From Simkaniaceae bacterium (GTDB lineage Bacteria; Chlamydiota; Chlamydiia; Chlamydiales; Simkaniaceae): a stretch of DNA of 19,903 bases. Numbering within the stretch: position 1 is the first letter of the stretch; each line of letters begins with the position of its first letter. The notes below the pieces were generated by a model that saw nothing but the letters and a program-made list of their open reading frames with translations, ran no database searches and was not told the DNA's origin. This document shows positions 6,981 to 16,503 of the stretch, piece after piece. The stretch covers positions 1-19,903 of the forward strand of contig JBFWSA010000037.1 of NCBI GenBank assembly GCA_050248615.1, given 5' to 3'. The translations under genes and the position numbers were made by a program.

Positions 6981-7000
6981 AGATAGCACTTTGGCTATCT
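6981..7000. terminator. Possible hairpin/terminator between convergent genes
   Basis: AGATAGC-ACTTTG-GCTATCT forms a 7-bp stem, but the U tracts are weak. Confidence 0.3.
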
Positions 7001-7027
7001 CCTTCGCAGATTTTTCTAAAAATCCCC

Positions 7028-7561
7028 TCAAAAGATAAGAGCACCTTCAGCTTCAACAATCCTCTTAGCTTCCTCAAAAGATTCTTCTAAAACCATTTCA
7101 TTATGGTACTTGGACTTAACCACTTCATAACGGACCTTTTCCCTATAATTAGAAACAACTGCTAAACGCCCCACAGCTAACTCTCCTTCATCTTCTCTAA
7201 AAATAAACAAGATAATCTCGATATTTTTAGGAGTAAAAGGATAGCTCGCTAAGTAAGGACGTACTTTTTCATTTTTATTAACGTTGTTGAGATAAAGTTG
7301 GATCGCATTAACGATTTGAATACGTGCCTCATCAATGCTTAAAATATTTTTGGAGCGCAAGGAAAGGTGCATTTTTTTTATGTTATCCATCATAGATCCT
7401 CCGAGTCCAATAGCATAAAGAGGATAAGTTTTTTCCAATGTTTTAGCAGTATCCATTGTGATTTGATGAGCCATCCTTTCATAATTGGGGGTTTTAGGCT
7501 TGAATGAGAAGGATTCGCAAGAAAAACAAGCAAAAACTAGGAAAATAATTAATGATTTAAT
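7028..7561 (-). CDS. Putative RHS immunity protein, probable lipoprotein
   Basis: The frame is open upstream of the track start (7474) to 7573 and reads IIKSLIIFLVFACFSCESFSFKPKTPNYERM. ATT at 7561 lies 7 nt after AGGAG (7573-7569), and the gene overlaps the RHS stop. If only ATG is allowed, the start is 7474. Confidence 0.7.
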   Translation of the reverse strand: MKSLIIFLVFACFSCESFSFKPKTPNYERMAHQITMDTAKTLEKTYPLYAIGLGGSMMDNIKKMHLSLRSKNILSIDEARIQIVNAIQLYLNNVNKNEKVRPYLASYPFTPKNIEIILFIFREDEGELAVGRLAVVSNYREKVRYEVVKSKYHNEMVLEESFEEAKRIVEAEGALIF

Positions 7562-10500
7562 AATGTTTCTCCTTTAATAAAACTAGATATCTGCTTCAAC
7601 AAAGGTTCTCGATAAATAGGATGATCAAAGGAGTGGGTGCCTCCAAAAATAGGAGAGCCTTTATCTAGATTAATGACTGCAGGAGCAGGGGATCTGGCCC
7701 GTGAAAAACCGAGTTTTTGGAGTTTAGGGACTATATCACAAGTCGTCACATAGTTCACTGCTGAACCACAGAACGAAGAAGAGATAAACTTTGCAGGTGC
7801 AATGGCCAAAACAAAAATCCTTTCTCTAATTTCTTGGGGAGCCATGATGAGCGCTAATTCGACATCTATTGCTCCACGGCTATAAGGAATCTCCAAGTAT
7901 CGGGCATCTTCAGAGTTATTTTCAAAGAAATTCCTCCAACGCTCCAGCACAAGATAAGCAGTTTCAGTTGCTATCAGCTGAAAGGAATGATTTGCACGAG
8001 TGATATCAGAAAATAGATCCTTAGTAGGAGGTAGTGTCGCTTCGACTCTTTCAATCCCTGCAATTTCTAAAAGAAATTCTAAACAGGCTTTGGACCGCTC
8101 TTCAGTCGTTTTTATCCCAAATGTGATTCCAATACCTAAGGCCCCTTTGTTGATCGCTGGACCTTGGAGTTCATGAATCCCCTCATGGGAAGTGTATTCG
8201 CAATTATACGCGCGGGGATACCCATGTTCTTGTTCAAAATTCGGTTTGTGGATGAGAAGAGAGCTGAGCTGCTCAAGGCTCGCTTCGATCACTTCCCCAT
8301 AAAAATCATACCGAAAGTGGGGAGAATTTAGAAGGTATTGATACAGATTGGGACCTTCGGAAAACCCTTTAGGATCGGGTGAGAGCCAACGCCCAGTTTG
8401 GGGATCGTAAAAGCGTCGTCCAAAATAGACAAGGTGAGTCATTTTTCTCTTAGATTGATAACGCCAAGAAGACTGAGGTGTTAGGGGGACTTTTTCCTCC
8501 CCAAAGGAGGAAAAACGGTAAGATTCAACTAAGGTATTATCGGGAGAAATAAGAGCGATGATATTCCCAAAAAGATCATGCATCGGAATAAAAAGTGTCC
8601 CATTTTTTTCAATGGCAAGGGTCGCACCAATCTCTGCCCCTTTTCCCTGTCCTAAAATACGTAACTCGTGTGGATAAGCGCCGATCTCGTTTTGCCCATC
8701 ATACAGATAAGGAGTCTCTTCAATGGGAAGCCAAGCTCCATCTTTAAGTAGGTGAAGAGCTTGAGTATGAGAGCGATTCCATGAGTCATAGGTGAACCGA
8801 ATCGAGTGATCCCCTAAACGCATTTGAACGAGGCGATCTAATCCATCATATGTATAAGAAACAATCTGTTGGGGAGTGATCCATTCTGTTCGGTTGCCAT
8901 TAGGATCGTGAGTATAGGTAGCTTCAGAGGTTGAAACGATTTGGTGAAGAGAGTTGTAGGCATATTCAGATAGATTCTTTTCTAAGCGATTATGGTGAGA
9001 ATCATACGTGTAATCATTTTCAATGGGTCCTGTTTCAGAGATAAGTTGATCAAGATCATCATGAGCAAAGGTATAAAACTCTTCTTTAGATTCTGCTAGA
9101 CGATAGTACTCTTTAACATTTCCATTGGGATCAATATCAAGAATTTCTTCTAAGGAATAAGGAGTATCTGTAGCAATCCGTCGGCTACAGAGATCTATTC
9201 GATGATAAATAGAGCCTAAAGACCCCAGAAGCTCTTCTTGAAGCAGGTTGTGACTTTGATCATAATCGCTATACACATGTTCATACAACAACTCTCCTGA
9301 TGCCTGAAAACGTTGGACACAAATGAGATGGTAAGGGTCATAGATATAGTTAACAAAAGAGCCGTCAGGAAATGTCAGCCGTGTCCGACGATTAAGGGCA
9401 TCGTAGGTAGAATCTAAAGTCAAATGATTGGCAAGGGTTTCCTGTAAAAGGTTGCCGAAATGATCATATTTCCGCACTGTACACCCCTTGTGAATCCCAT
9501 CAAAAGATTCGATAAGGTTGCCCATGAGGTCATATTTGAATAAATAGTGACATGTTCCGTCAGAGGTTTTTACTGCCGTTTGCCTTCCTAATCCATCATA
9601 GCTATAAGAAACAGTCGTTCTATCGGGTTTGGTGAGAACTTCTAGGTATCCATCAGGAGTATAAGAATAAGTCGTCTCTTTTTGCAAAAGATCTCCTGGA
9701 GCTTCGATCAACGCAATGACTCTTCCTCTTGCATCATACTTCCAGGTTTTGATAATTTTGGTACCTGAACCATCTAGAGTGCTCTCTTGGCGCCTTTTAT
9801 TGCCATTGAGATCATAAAAGAATTTTTCATCCAGCAAAGGAGTTCCATCAGCCCCCTTTTTCTGTAGGGAAACTAACCGCTCTAATGCATCATATTCCTC
9901 GACTGTATACGTCCCATTAGGATGAGTCGTTGTTTTTCTTAAAACTTTCTGCCCAAGCGAGTTTTCATAATAGTCATCATAACTAGTGGTCGTTTTATTC
10001 CCTTCTGGATCTATTATTTTAGTAATTCGTTTAAAAGAGTCATATTCTGTTCTATGAATAGCATCGCCTACTTGAACTTCTTTTGAAATGGCTATTTTAT
10101 TGCTGTAATCATCATAGGTATACCTTGTAAAAGCATAAACATTCCCTTCAACATCTTCTTCTCTCTCTTCCAACACCCGATCTAAAAGGTCGTAAAAGAA
10201 ATGCGTAACACGTAAGTTGCCTTCCTTCTCTTTACTTTTCCTTCCTAACGCGTCATATCGAAACGATTGGGTACGATCAAGCGTCTTTTCTTGGATCTTA
10301 CGTCCTCCACCATCATACGTATAATCTGTCTCTACCCCATCTGGAGCGATTGTTCTCTTAAGATTAAAAGAGTCATATTCATAGTGCTCCATAGCAAGGA
10401 TCTCTCCTTCTTTCGCAACCACTTTTTTTGAGGTCATACGATTTAAAAAATCGTACGTAAAATGGGTTTGGGTTCCTGAGGGTTGAATATGCAAAGCCAG

Positions 10501-12864
10501 TTCTCCTTCAAGATTATAGCGAAAGGATTCTTCTACTCCATCAGGATAAATAATACGATAGGGTTTTCCTCTAGAAGTATAAAACGTTTGAGTGATATTC
10601 CCCTCTGCATCCTCTTCGCGAATAGGATGGCCTAAAGCATTAAAAACACGCTTAATCTGAGGATTCTTTATCTCTCCTTCAAAATCAACAACTGCAGGAC
10701 TGATGTCTTGAATAGGATGGCCAAAAGGATCATAAATATGACGCGTGACTGTCGCGCGAAAGTCGATCTCAGCTTGTTTTCTTCCTAAGAAATCATAGCT
10801 AAAACGGGTGATTCGATCTTTTTCTTGTTTTGTAGTGAGCAGCCCTGCAACGCTATAAGTATTTTCTATTTCATACGGATAATCTGGATTGCTTTCTAAA
10901 ATGATCTGATCATTTTGATCATATTTAAATATTTTGATTCTACCCATAGGGTCTGTTGTACTCGCCAATCTCCCCTGATTGTCATATGAATAGTGAATCG
11001 TGTAGCGCTCATTTCCCTCATCATCATAGTGGATCACCTCCTCTGGTTTCCCAAAAGGTGTATAGCTCTGGATTTTGCATTTTCGCAAAAGCTTTTCCTC
11101 TCCTGTTTTAAGATCAAGATATTTTTCCTCTATCTCTGCAGGAAAATCGAGAAAAGAGCCAACGGTTTTCGGATGAATATCGACAATTACCCGACATGTC
11201 ACCCCCGTTAAATCCTGAGGATTTTTCTGACTACCATCATCAATCACCTTTCGTTTAAGGACAGACCCTTCATAGACAAAAATATTCCGAATTTTAATAA
11301 CCCCTCTGTCTAGAATGTATTTTTGATCGACTAAATCTGTGTGGGGAACATAATGGTATTCAATAGATTTTCCATTGGGAAAGTTTTCTTGAGTGACTAA
11401 ATTCATGGAATTATAGGTTCTTTCCACAATATAGGACTCATTGAAGTTCCCAAAGCCAGTAAGATCTCCCCTAAGAATTTCTTGCGTGACATTTCCCTTA
11501 TTATCATAAATATATTGGGTTTTTCTTAAGGTGTTTCCTTGATCATCCTTAAAAGCTTTTCCTTTAAGCCAATGCCCCTTATCTCGTTGATACTCTTTCC
11601 ACTCAAATGCTTCTTCGGAAAAAACGTTATCATTTTTTGAATGATGGGTGATAGTCGTTAATAAAAAGTGTTCATTATAGCAATAACGAGTGGAATACCC
11701 ATAAGGGTCGATAACAGTCGTTCTTCCTCCTTTGCGAATATAATCTCCTGGATGATAGTAAAACTCGAATACCGTTTGTAGCTCTTCCTCCTCTAGCAAC
11801 GGAAGGGCTAATCGTTTTACCCGCATGATCTTTTTATCTGAACATCTCTTAATTTTGATATTTCCCCTTGAAAGAAGGTTATCTCCCTTTAGATAGTAAT
11901 CAATACGTAGCCGTCTTCCCTCAGGTAAGTAGCGATCACATACGAAGTAACCCTCTTTTTTATTTCCCCAATATTCATATTTAACTGAGGGGATGGAACT
12001 ACTCTCTACTTTTTCCAGTGTCCAAAAAGTAATGTGGGGCCCTTTTTTATTGACAATTCTATACACTAAGCTTTGTGCATCACTGGTTTTAATCTTAATG
12101 CTTTGAAGATTATCATCTTGGATGATATGTTCAACCTCTATCCAAGCATACGTCTTTTTTCCAGTTGCATCTGTTGTTACAACCCTCTTTAAGCGATACA
12201 CATTGTTGATTTTAAGCCATTGATAATGCATGAAATTGCCATTAGGCAAACGCTCCCATCTTAAATAAAAGTCCTCTTTATTACCAAGGCACTCATAAGC
12301 CCGCTCTAAGCCTCCTGGTCCATCAACCTTAATGACATTATTATTCTTTGGATCTGTATAAACCCGATTATTGAATGCGCTGTATCTCCCACCAATTTCT
12401 TTGGCATAGCAATTAGTTAAGGCATGAGGATATTCATCGACTATTTTATATTCTCCATTAGGATTCTCTTTTAAAAAGGTTCCCTTGTAAGCAAGGGAAA
12501 ATCCATATTTCTCTGGAATAACGATTTGATAAGTGTCATATTGAACCTTCTCTCGATCTGCATAACTAACACTAGAACCAACCACTACGCGTTGGGCTTT
12601 TAAATGCTTAAAGAAAAATTCCCACCCAGACCACTTATCATCTTTTGCGCGGCTGGATAAGTGCCTGCGCTCAATAGGGATAGGTTCATGCCCTTGGACC
12701 ACCCAGTCATATTCTCTAACGACATAATCTCCAGTGATGACGTTAACACATCCTCCAACAAAACTTCTGGGTTCAGAGCCGTAAGCTATTTCTTCATAAG
12801 GAGTGTATTCTAATGCATTGAGAAAAGAAAAAAGCAGCTGCAAAAAAAACACAATCTTTTTCAT
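7549..12864 (-). CDS. RHS/YD-repeat polymorphic toxin-like protein with Sec-type signal peptide, DUF6531-like domain and alpha/beta-hydrolase-like C-terminus
   Basis: ATG 12864 follows GGAGG and gives MKKIVFFLQLLFSFLNA. Then come GGCVNVITGDY and many YD-xxGR repeats. The core ends RFYDPQTGRWLSPDPKG...NLYQY...DFYG, followed by a 248-aa extension. Confidence 0.92.
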   Translation of the reverse strand: MKKIVFFLQLLFSFLNALEYTPYEEIAYGSEPRSFVGGCVNVITGDYVVREYDWVVQGHEPIPIERRHLSSRAKDDKWSGWEFFFKHLKAQRVVVGSSVSYADREKVQYDTYQIVIPEKYGFSLAYKGTFLKENPNGEYKIVDEYPHALTNCYAKEIGGRYSAFNNRVYTDPKNNNVIKVDGPGGLERAYECLGNKEDFYLRWERLPNGNFMHYQWLKINNVYRLKRVVTTDATGKKTYAWIEVEHIIQDDNLQSIKIKTSDAQSLVYRIVNKKGPHITFWTLEKVESSSIPSVKYEYWGNKKEGYFVCDRYLPEGRRLRIDYYLKGDNLLSRGNIKIKRCSDKKIMRVKRLALPLLEEEELQTVFEFYYHPGDYIRKGGRTTVIDPYGYSTRYCYNEHFLLTTITHHSKNDNVFSEEAFEWKEYQRDKGHWLKGKAFKDDQGNTLRKTQYIYDNKGNVTQEILRGDLTGFGNFNESYIVERTYNSMNLVTQENFPNGKSIEYHYVPHTDLVDQKYILDRGVIKIRNIFVYEGSVLKRKVIDDGSQKNPQDLTGVTCRVIVDIHPKTVGSFLDFPAEIEEKYLDLKTGEEKLLRKCKIQSYTPFGKPEEVIHYDDEGNERYTIHYSYDNQGRLASTTDPMGRIKIFKYDQNDQIILESNPDYPYEIENTYSVAGLLTTKQEKDRITRFSYDFLGRKQAEIDFRATVTRHIYDPFGHPIQDISPAVVDFEGEIKNPQIKRVFNALGHPIREEDAEGNITQTFYTSRGKPYRIIYPDGVEESFRYNLEGELALHIQPSGTQTHFTYDFLNRMTSKKVVAKEGEILAMEHYEYDSFNLKRTIAPDGVETDYTYDGGGRKIQEKTLDRTQSFRYDALGRKSKEKEGNLRVTHFFYDLLDRVLEEREEDVEGNVYAFTRYTYDDYSNKIAISKEVQVGDAIHRTEYDSFKRITKIIDPEGNKTTTSYDDYYENSLGQKVLRKTTTHPNGTYTVEEYDALERLVSLQKKGADGTPLLDEKFFYDLNGNKRRQESTLDGSGTKIIKTWKYDARGRVIALIEAPGDLLQKETTYSYTPDGYLEVLTKPDRTTVSYSYDGLGRQTAVKTSDGTCHYLFKYDLMGNLIESFDGIHKGCTVRKYDHFGNLLQETLANHLTLDSTYDALNRRTRLTFPDGSFVNYIYDPYHLICVQRFQASGELLYEHVYSDYDQSHNLLQEELLGSLGSIYHRIDLCSRRIATDTPYSLEEILDIDPNGNVKEYYRLAESKEEFYTFAHDDLDQLISETGPIENDYTYDSHHNRLEKNLSEYAYNSLHQIVSTSEATYTHDPNGNRTEWITPQQIVSYTYDGLDRLVQMRLGDHSIRFTYDSWNRSHTQALHLLKDGAWLPIEETPYLYDGQNEIGAYPHELRILGQGKGAEIGATLAIEKNGTLFIPMHDLFGNIIALISPDNTLVESYRFSSFGEEKVPLTPQSSWRYQSKRKMTHLVYFGRRFYDPQTGRWLSPDPKGFSEGPNLYQYLLNSPHFRYDFYGEVIEASLEQLSSLLIHKPNFEQEHGYPRAYNCEYTSHEGIHELQGPAINKGALGIGITFGIKTTEERSKACLEFLLEIAGIERVEATLPPTKDLFSDITRANHSFQLIATETAYLVLERWRNFFENNSEDARYLEIPYSRGAIDVELALIMAPQEIRERIFVLAIAPAKFISSSFCGSAVNYVTTCDIVPKLQKLGFSRARSPAPAVINLDKGSPIFGGTHSFDHPIYREPLLKQISSFIKGETLLNH

Positions 12865-13006
12865 GACTACCTCCAAGCCAAAAAAAGGTAACCCAATGAC
12901 ATTATTGTAGTCAAAAAGATAAGAAACGTGTATCTTCCAAAAGATAGGGTAAAACTCTAGACGTCTGATATGTTTAGAGAAATACTAACTGGAATGGAAT
13001 GAGGTA

Positions 13007-14761
13007 ATGGCCGGTTTTTTAGTTGCCGAAGAAGGTCTGAACGCGGGCTTAGTGATTCGCTTCGAAGAGGGCGAAGAGTGGATTATTGGTCGTGATCCTG
13101 ACGTCTCTTATCAAGTTCTCGAAGATCCGATGGTTTCACGCAAACATGTGATCTGTCGTTTAACTTCTGAAGGGTATGTTCTCGAAAATTTAAGCGCTGT
13201 CAATCCTGCAAGTGTGAATGGGAAAAAAATCGAAGAACCCGTGACTTTACAAGAAGGGGATGCTGTTCAAATCGGAAGCGACATTTTTCATTTTACCCTC
13301 AAGGATCCTGTCGAAACGGGAAGAAAAGAAAAGACCCCCTCTGAAGATGAGGTGGAAACCCCCACGATCTATGAAGAATCTGAAGACTTAGGGGCTCTTG
13401 CTTTTAGTGGAACGGGAGATGCCCGATGGATTATCAAAGTGATTTCAGGTCCCAACTCCGGTGCCGAATTCGGGATTTTCGAAGGGACAACTTTTGTTGT
13501 GGGGAAAGACCCCAAAACGTGCGATATCCTCTTTCAAGATTTAAGTGTCTCGGCTCAACATGCCAAGGTTTCGGCTAGTGCTGCTGGTGTGGTGACGATT
13601 GAGGACCTGGGTAGCTTAAATGGGGTTTATATCAATGGGCAAAAAATCACTCAGCCAACTGAGCTGAATACACAAGATCTCGTTGCTTTAGGAACGACCT
13701 CCTTTTTAGTGATCGATCAACAGCAAACGCGTGAAACCATCGTCTCCCCTGTCTCTGGAATGGAAATGCTCTACGGAGGCATCGAAGTCAAGAAAGAGAA
13801 AGAAGAGGAAGAAGTCCCCGCTGAAGAAGTCGCTAAGAAAAACTGGAAAAAAATGGTGATTCCTATCCGCCATCTTGTCCTAGCGGGAATCTTCGCCCTC
13901 TTTTTGATATTGGCTCTTGGCGGCGTATTTAGTCTGTTTAAAAGTGAGTCTGTCTCGATTTCAGCAGCAGATGAATCGCAACAAATTGGGCAAGCTCTTA
14001 AAAGCTTTCCTGAAGTCGAATTTTCCTATAACCCCTCGAACGGAAAGATCTTTATTCTAGGTCATGTGATGACTGAGGTGGATCACCAAGAAATGATCTA
14101 TTTACTCAAATCCCTCACTTTTTTAAACTCCATTGAAGACAATGTCATTATTGATGAGCTGGTTTGGGAAAATACGAACGCCCTTTTGATGAGAAATGCA
14201 ACCTGGCGTGGGGTCAACCTGACCTCTATTATCCCCGGTCACTTTGTCTTGCGCGGGTATGTTCAAACCTCTGATGAATCGGTCAAACTAGCCGAGTATA
14301 TGAATCTCAACTTCCCCTACCTCGATCGACTCGATAATCAAGTGGTTGTAGAAAATACCCTCGAAGCTCAGATCCAAAGCATTCTTTTGGAAGGTAACTT
14401 TGTGAATGTAACCTTTCAATTTGCCAACGGAGAGCTGGTGTTAGCGGGTCGTGTCCCTTCCAATAAAGAAAAGGATTTTAACCAAATTGTAGCGGGTTTG
14501 AAAAAAATTAAAGGGGTAAGGATGGTAAAAAATTTCGTGGTCTTTTCACAACCGACTAGCGAAATTGTGGACATCTCATCCAATTATAAAGTAACGGGAA
14601 GTTCCAAGTATGGAAACCTTAGCCAATATGTTGTTATCAATGGAAAAATCCTTTCTAAAGGTGACAATTTAGATGGTATGACAATAACAAGTATGCAAGA
14701 AAATACAATTTTTCTCGAAAAAGATGGCATAAAATATAAGATTAACTACAATCAGCCATAA
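13007..14761 (+). CDS. cdsD: T3SS inner-membrane ring protein CdsD (SctD)
   Basis: Two FHA domains (IGRDP...VSRKH; VGKDP...VSAQHA...NGVYING), one TM segment (LVLAGIFALFLILALGGVFSLF), BON-like periplasmic repeats and a C-terminal YVVINGKIL domain. RBS GAGG. Confidence 0.95.
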   Translation: MAGFLVAEEGLNAGLVIRFEEGEEWIIGRDPDVSYQVLEDPMVSRKHVICRLTSEGYVLENLSAVNPASVNGKKIEEPVTLQEGDAVQIGSDIFHFTLKDPVETGRKEKTPSEDEVETPTIYEESEDLGALAFSGTGDARWIIKVISGPNSGAEFGIFEGTTFVVGKDPKTCDILFQDLSVSAQHAKVSASAAGVVTIEDLGSLNGVYINGQKITQPTELNTQDLVALGTTSFLVIDQQQTRETIVSPVSGMEMLYGGIEVKKEKEEEEVPAEEVAKKNWKKMVIPIRHLVLAGIFALFLILALGGVFSLFKSESVSISAADESQQIGQALKSFPEVEFSYNPSNGKIFILGHVMTEVDHQEMIYLLKSLTFLNSIEDNVIIDELVWENTNALLMRNATWRGVNLTSIIPGHFVLRGYVQTSDESVKLAEYMNLNFPYLDRLDNQVVVENTLEAQIQSILLEGNFVNVTFQFANGELVLAGRVPSNKEKDFNQIVAGLKKIKGVRMVKNFVVFSQPTSEIVDISSNYKVTGSSKYGNLSQYVVINGKILSKGDNLDGMTITSMQENTIFLEKDGIKYKINYNQP

Positions 14762-14793
14762 GGAAAGAAATATAACATTGAGGTTTATGGGCA

Positions 14794-15027
14794 ATGTTCG
14801 GATTAGAAAATAAAGAGCCGAAGCGTTTCGAGTTCGATTTAGAAAAACAACTCAAAAAAAGCGACTCCGAAACGAAAAAAATACTGGGTCAAATCGACAA
14901 ACGGTCAAATGAGCTTAAATCTGCACTCCGTGAAGGTAAAGCTTCAGAAAACTTTGATCAATGCGGCGTCTTGCTTCAAGCATATGCAGCCCTAGAACGC
15001 GTTGTGAAAAGAACAACTCGCAAGTAA
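14794..15027 (+). CDS. cdsE: Needle chaperone CdsE (CT665 homolog)
   Basis: 77 aa with the MFGLE...FEFDLEK...LREG...GVLLQAYAALERV pattern, located between cdsD and cdsF. Confidence 0.88.
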   Translation: MFGLENKEPKRFEFDLEKQLKKSDSETKKILGQIDKRSNELKSALREGKASENFDQCGVLLQAYAALERVVKRTTRK

Positions 15028-15059
15028 TCAAGTTTCATTTAAAGAGAGGTGAATGAACG

Positions 15060-15305
15060 ATGACCGCACATCCGGTATCATTAACATTTTATACACTTAT
15101 TAAGAAGTACTCATACTTGCAAGCGCAGGTCGTTTGCCAGGTTCGTAACGTGGCCTCACGCTTAAGTGCCGCGACACCAGGTAAATTCCTGCTGTTGCAA
15201 TTTTCGATGTCACAAGTAACACAGGTTGGAGATTCGATTTCGAACTTGATCTCTCAGGTCAATTCGATGATCAATAACTCTGTGCGTAACCAGAAATCAA
15301 GTTAA
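15060..15305 (+). CDS. cdsF: T3SS needle subunit CdsF (SctF)
   Basis: 81 aa with a helix-turn-helix layout and C-terminal FLLLQFSMSQVTQVGDSISNLISQVNSMINNSVRNQK, located between cdsE and cdsG. Confidence 0.85.
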   Translation: MTAHPVSLTFYTLIKKYSYLQAQVVCQVRNVASRLSAATPGKFLLLQFSMSQVTQVGDSISNLISQVNSMINNSVRNQKSS

Positions 15306-15368
15306 TGCTTTGCCTTAATTTTTCTATTTGGCATAAGGAGAAACGAAAGGATACTACCATAAGGACTA

Positions 15369-15806
15369 ATGATCATGGAAGATCTATCAAAATATGACGA
15401 TGACTTCTTTCTATTCTTAGAGGCGGGTTTTATCGCAATTAACCAAGCCGATGAAGATGCTGCTGTGAAGCTTTTCAAGGCTTGTGAACTCTTGCGCCCA
15501 GAAAACTCCCTGATTAAGGTAGGAATGGGTTATATGCATCTGCACAAGCTGGAGCTCAAAGCAGCTTGTAAATATTTCGAAGAGGTGCTAGCTAAAGAGC
15601 CTGACAATGATATGGCTCAAACTTTCTTAGGAATCGCCCTTTCTCTAACGCCCGACCAAGTGGCTAAAGGGGAAAAGCTTCTTGAGAAATCGGCTAAAGG
15701 TGCTTCCGATTCACAAGTGAAAAAAGTGGCTAATACCACTCTCGATTTTGTGGAGCACTTTGTGAAGAAAGCTGGTGGTGGACCTGCTGATGTCAAACGC
15801 AAGTAG
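15369..15806 (+). CDS. cdsG: TPR needle chaperone CdsG (CT667 homolog)
   Basis: Motif FLEAGFIAINQADEDAAVKLF plus TPR-like repeats, and synteny with cdsEF. Confidence 0.88.
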   Translation: MIMEDLSKYDDDFFLFLEAGFIAINQADEDAAVKLFKACELLRPENSLIKVGMGYMHLHKLELKAACKYFEEVLAKEPDNDMAQTFLGIALSLTPDQVAKGEKLLEKSAKGASDSQVKKVANTTLDFVEHFVKKAGGGPADVKRK

Positions 15807-15815
15807 TGTTAGATA

Positions 15816-16460
15816 ATGGCAGATAGATCAGAGGATATCTCTCCCACAACCAATATAGGTCCAGCGAAGTCTATTCAGCCTGGCGAAGAGCAAATGCCTA
15901 AGCCTTCCCAGTCTTTTGACTCGTATATGAAACAAGGTGGACCTCAGGGCGCTTCAGGAAAGTCTGAAGGCGTTTCTCCTTTCGATTTAGCAGGTCAGGG
16001 CCACGCAGCTGCAGCTGGCCCGACGCATGAATCGGTGATGAGTCAGATGAATAGCACCTCATCTGTCCTTGGTGATTTATCCAATCAGCTTAATAATAAA
16101 AACCTTAACCTCCGCCAGTCACAAAAATATCTTCTGAGAAATAAACTAACCAATGCGAATGAACTCATTCGAGCGGCTGCCAGTAAAACAGGAGTCGATA
16201 CCGGTCCCCCGGTCGCTCAACTTTCTCGCCAAAGCCCTATCAATAAGTTTTTAGGTCTCTTAACGGACGGCCAAACACAGCTGGCCAATGCTCAAGATCA
16301 GATTCAACAACTGAATATGAATGGACAGGCCATGAACCCCGGAGATCTTCTTCTCATTCAGGTCAAACTGGCTAAAGCCCAGCAAGAACTCGAATACTCT
16401 TCTGTTCTCCTGAGCACAGCCGTCAGCGATATTAAAACCCTCTTTAATATCCAACTCTAA
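15816..16460 (+). CDS. CT668-like T3SS protein with inner-rod (SctI)-like C-terminus
   Basis: 214 aa, located after cdsG. It has a disordered N-terminus and the C-terminus NPGDLLLIQVKLAKAQQELEYSSVLLSTAVSDIKTLFNIQL. Confidence 0.8.
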   Translation: MADRSEDISPTTNIGPAKSIQPGEEQMPKPSQSFDSYMKQGGPQGASGKSEGVSPFDLAGQGHAAAAGPTHESVMSQMNSTSSVLGDLSNQLNNKNLNLRQSQKYLLRNKLTNANELIRAAASKTGVDTGPPVAQLSRQSPINKFLGLLTDGQTQLANAQDQIQQLNMNGQAMNPGDLLLIQVKLAKAQQELEYSSVLLSTAVSDIKTLFNIQL

Positions 16461-16503
16461 TGGTTCTATCTCATCTTGCATGGATTTCCTATTGATAATA
16501 ATT

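Noticed and set aside
6941..12950. Weak inverted similarity flanking the RHS cassette (atctttttgga vs tccaaaagat) as transposon ends
   Set aside because: Short, imperfect and AT-rich, with no target duplication or transposase.
15311..15340. Possible hairpin between cdsF and cdsG
   Set aside because: Only 4-5 bp alternative stems, too weak to call.
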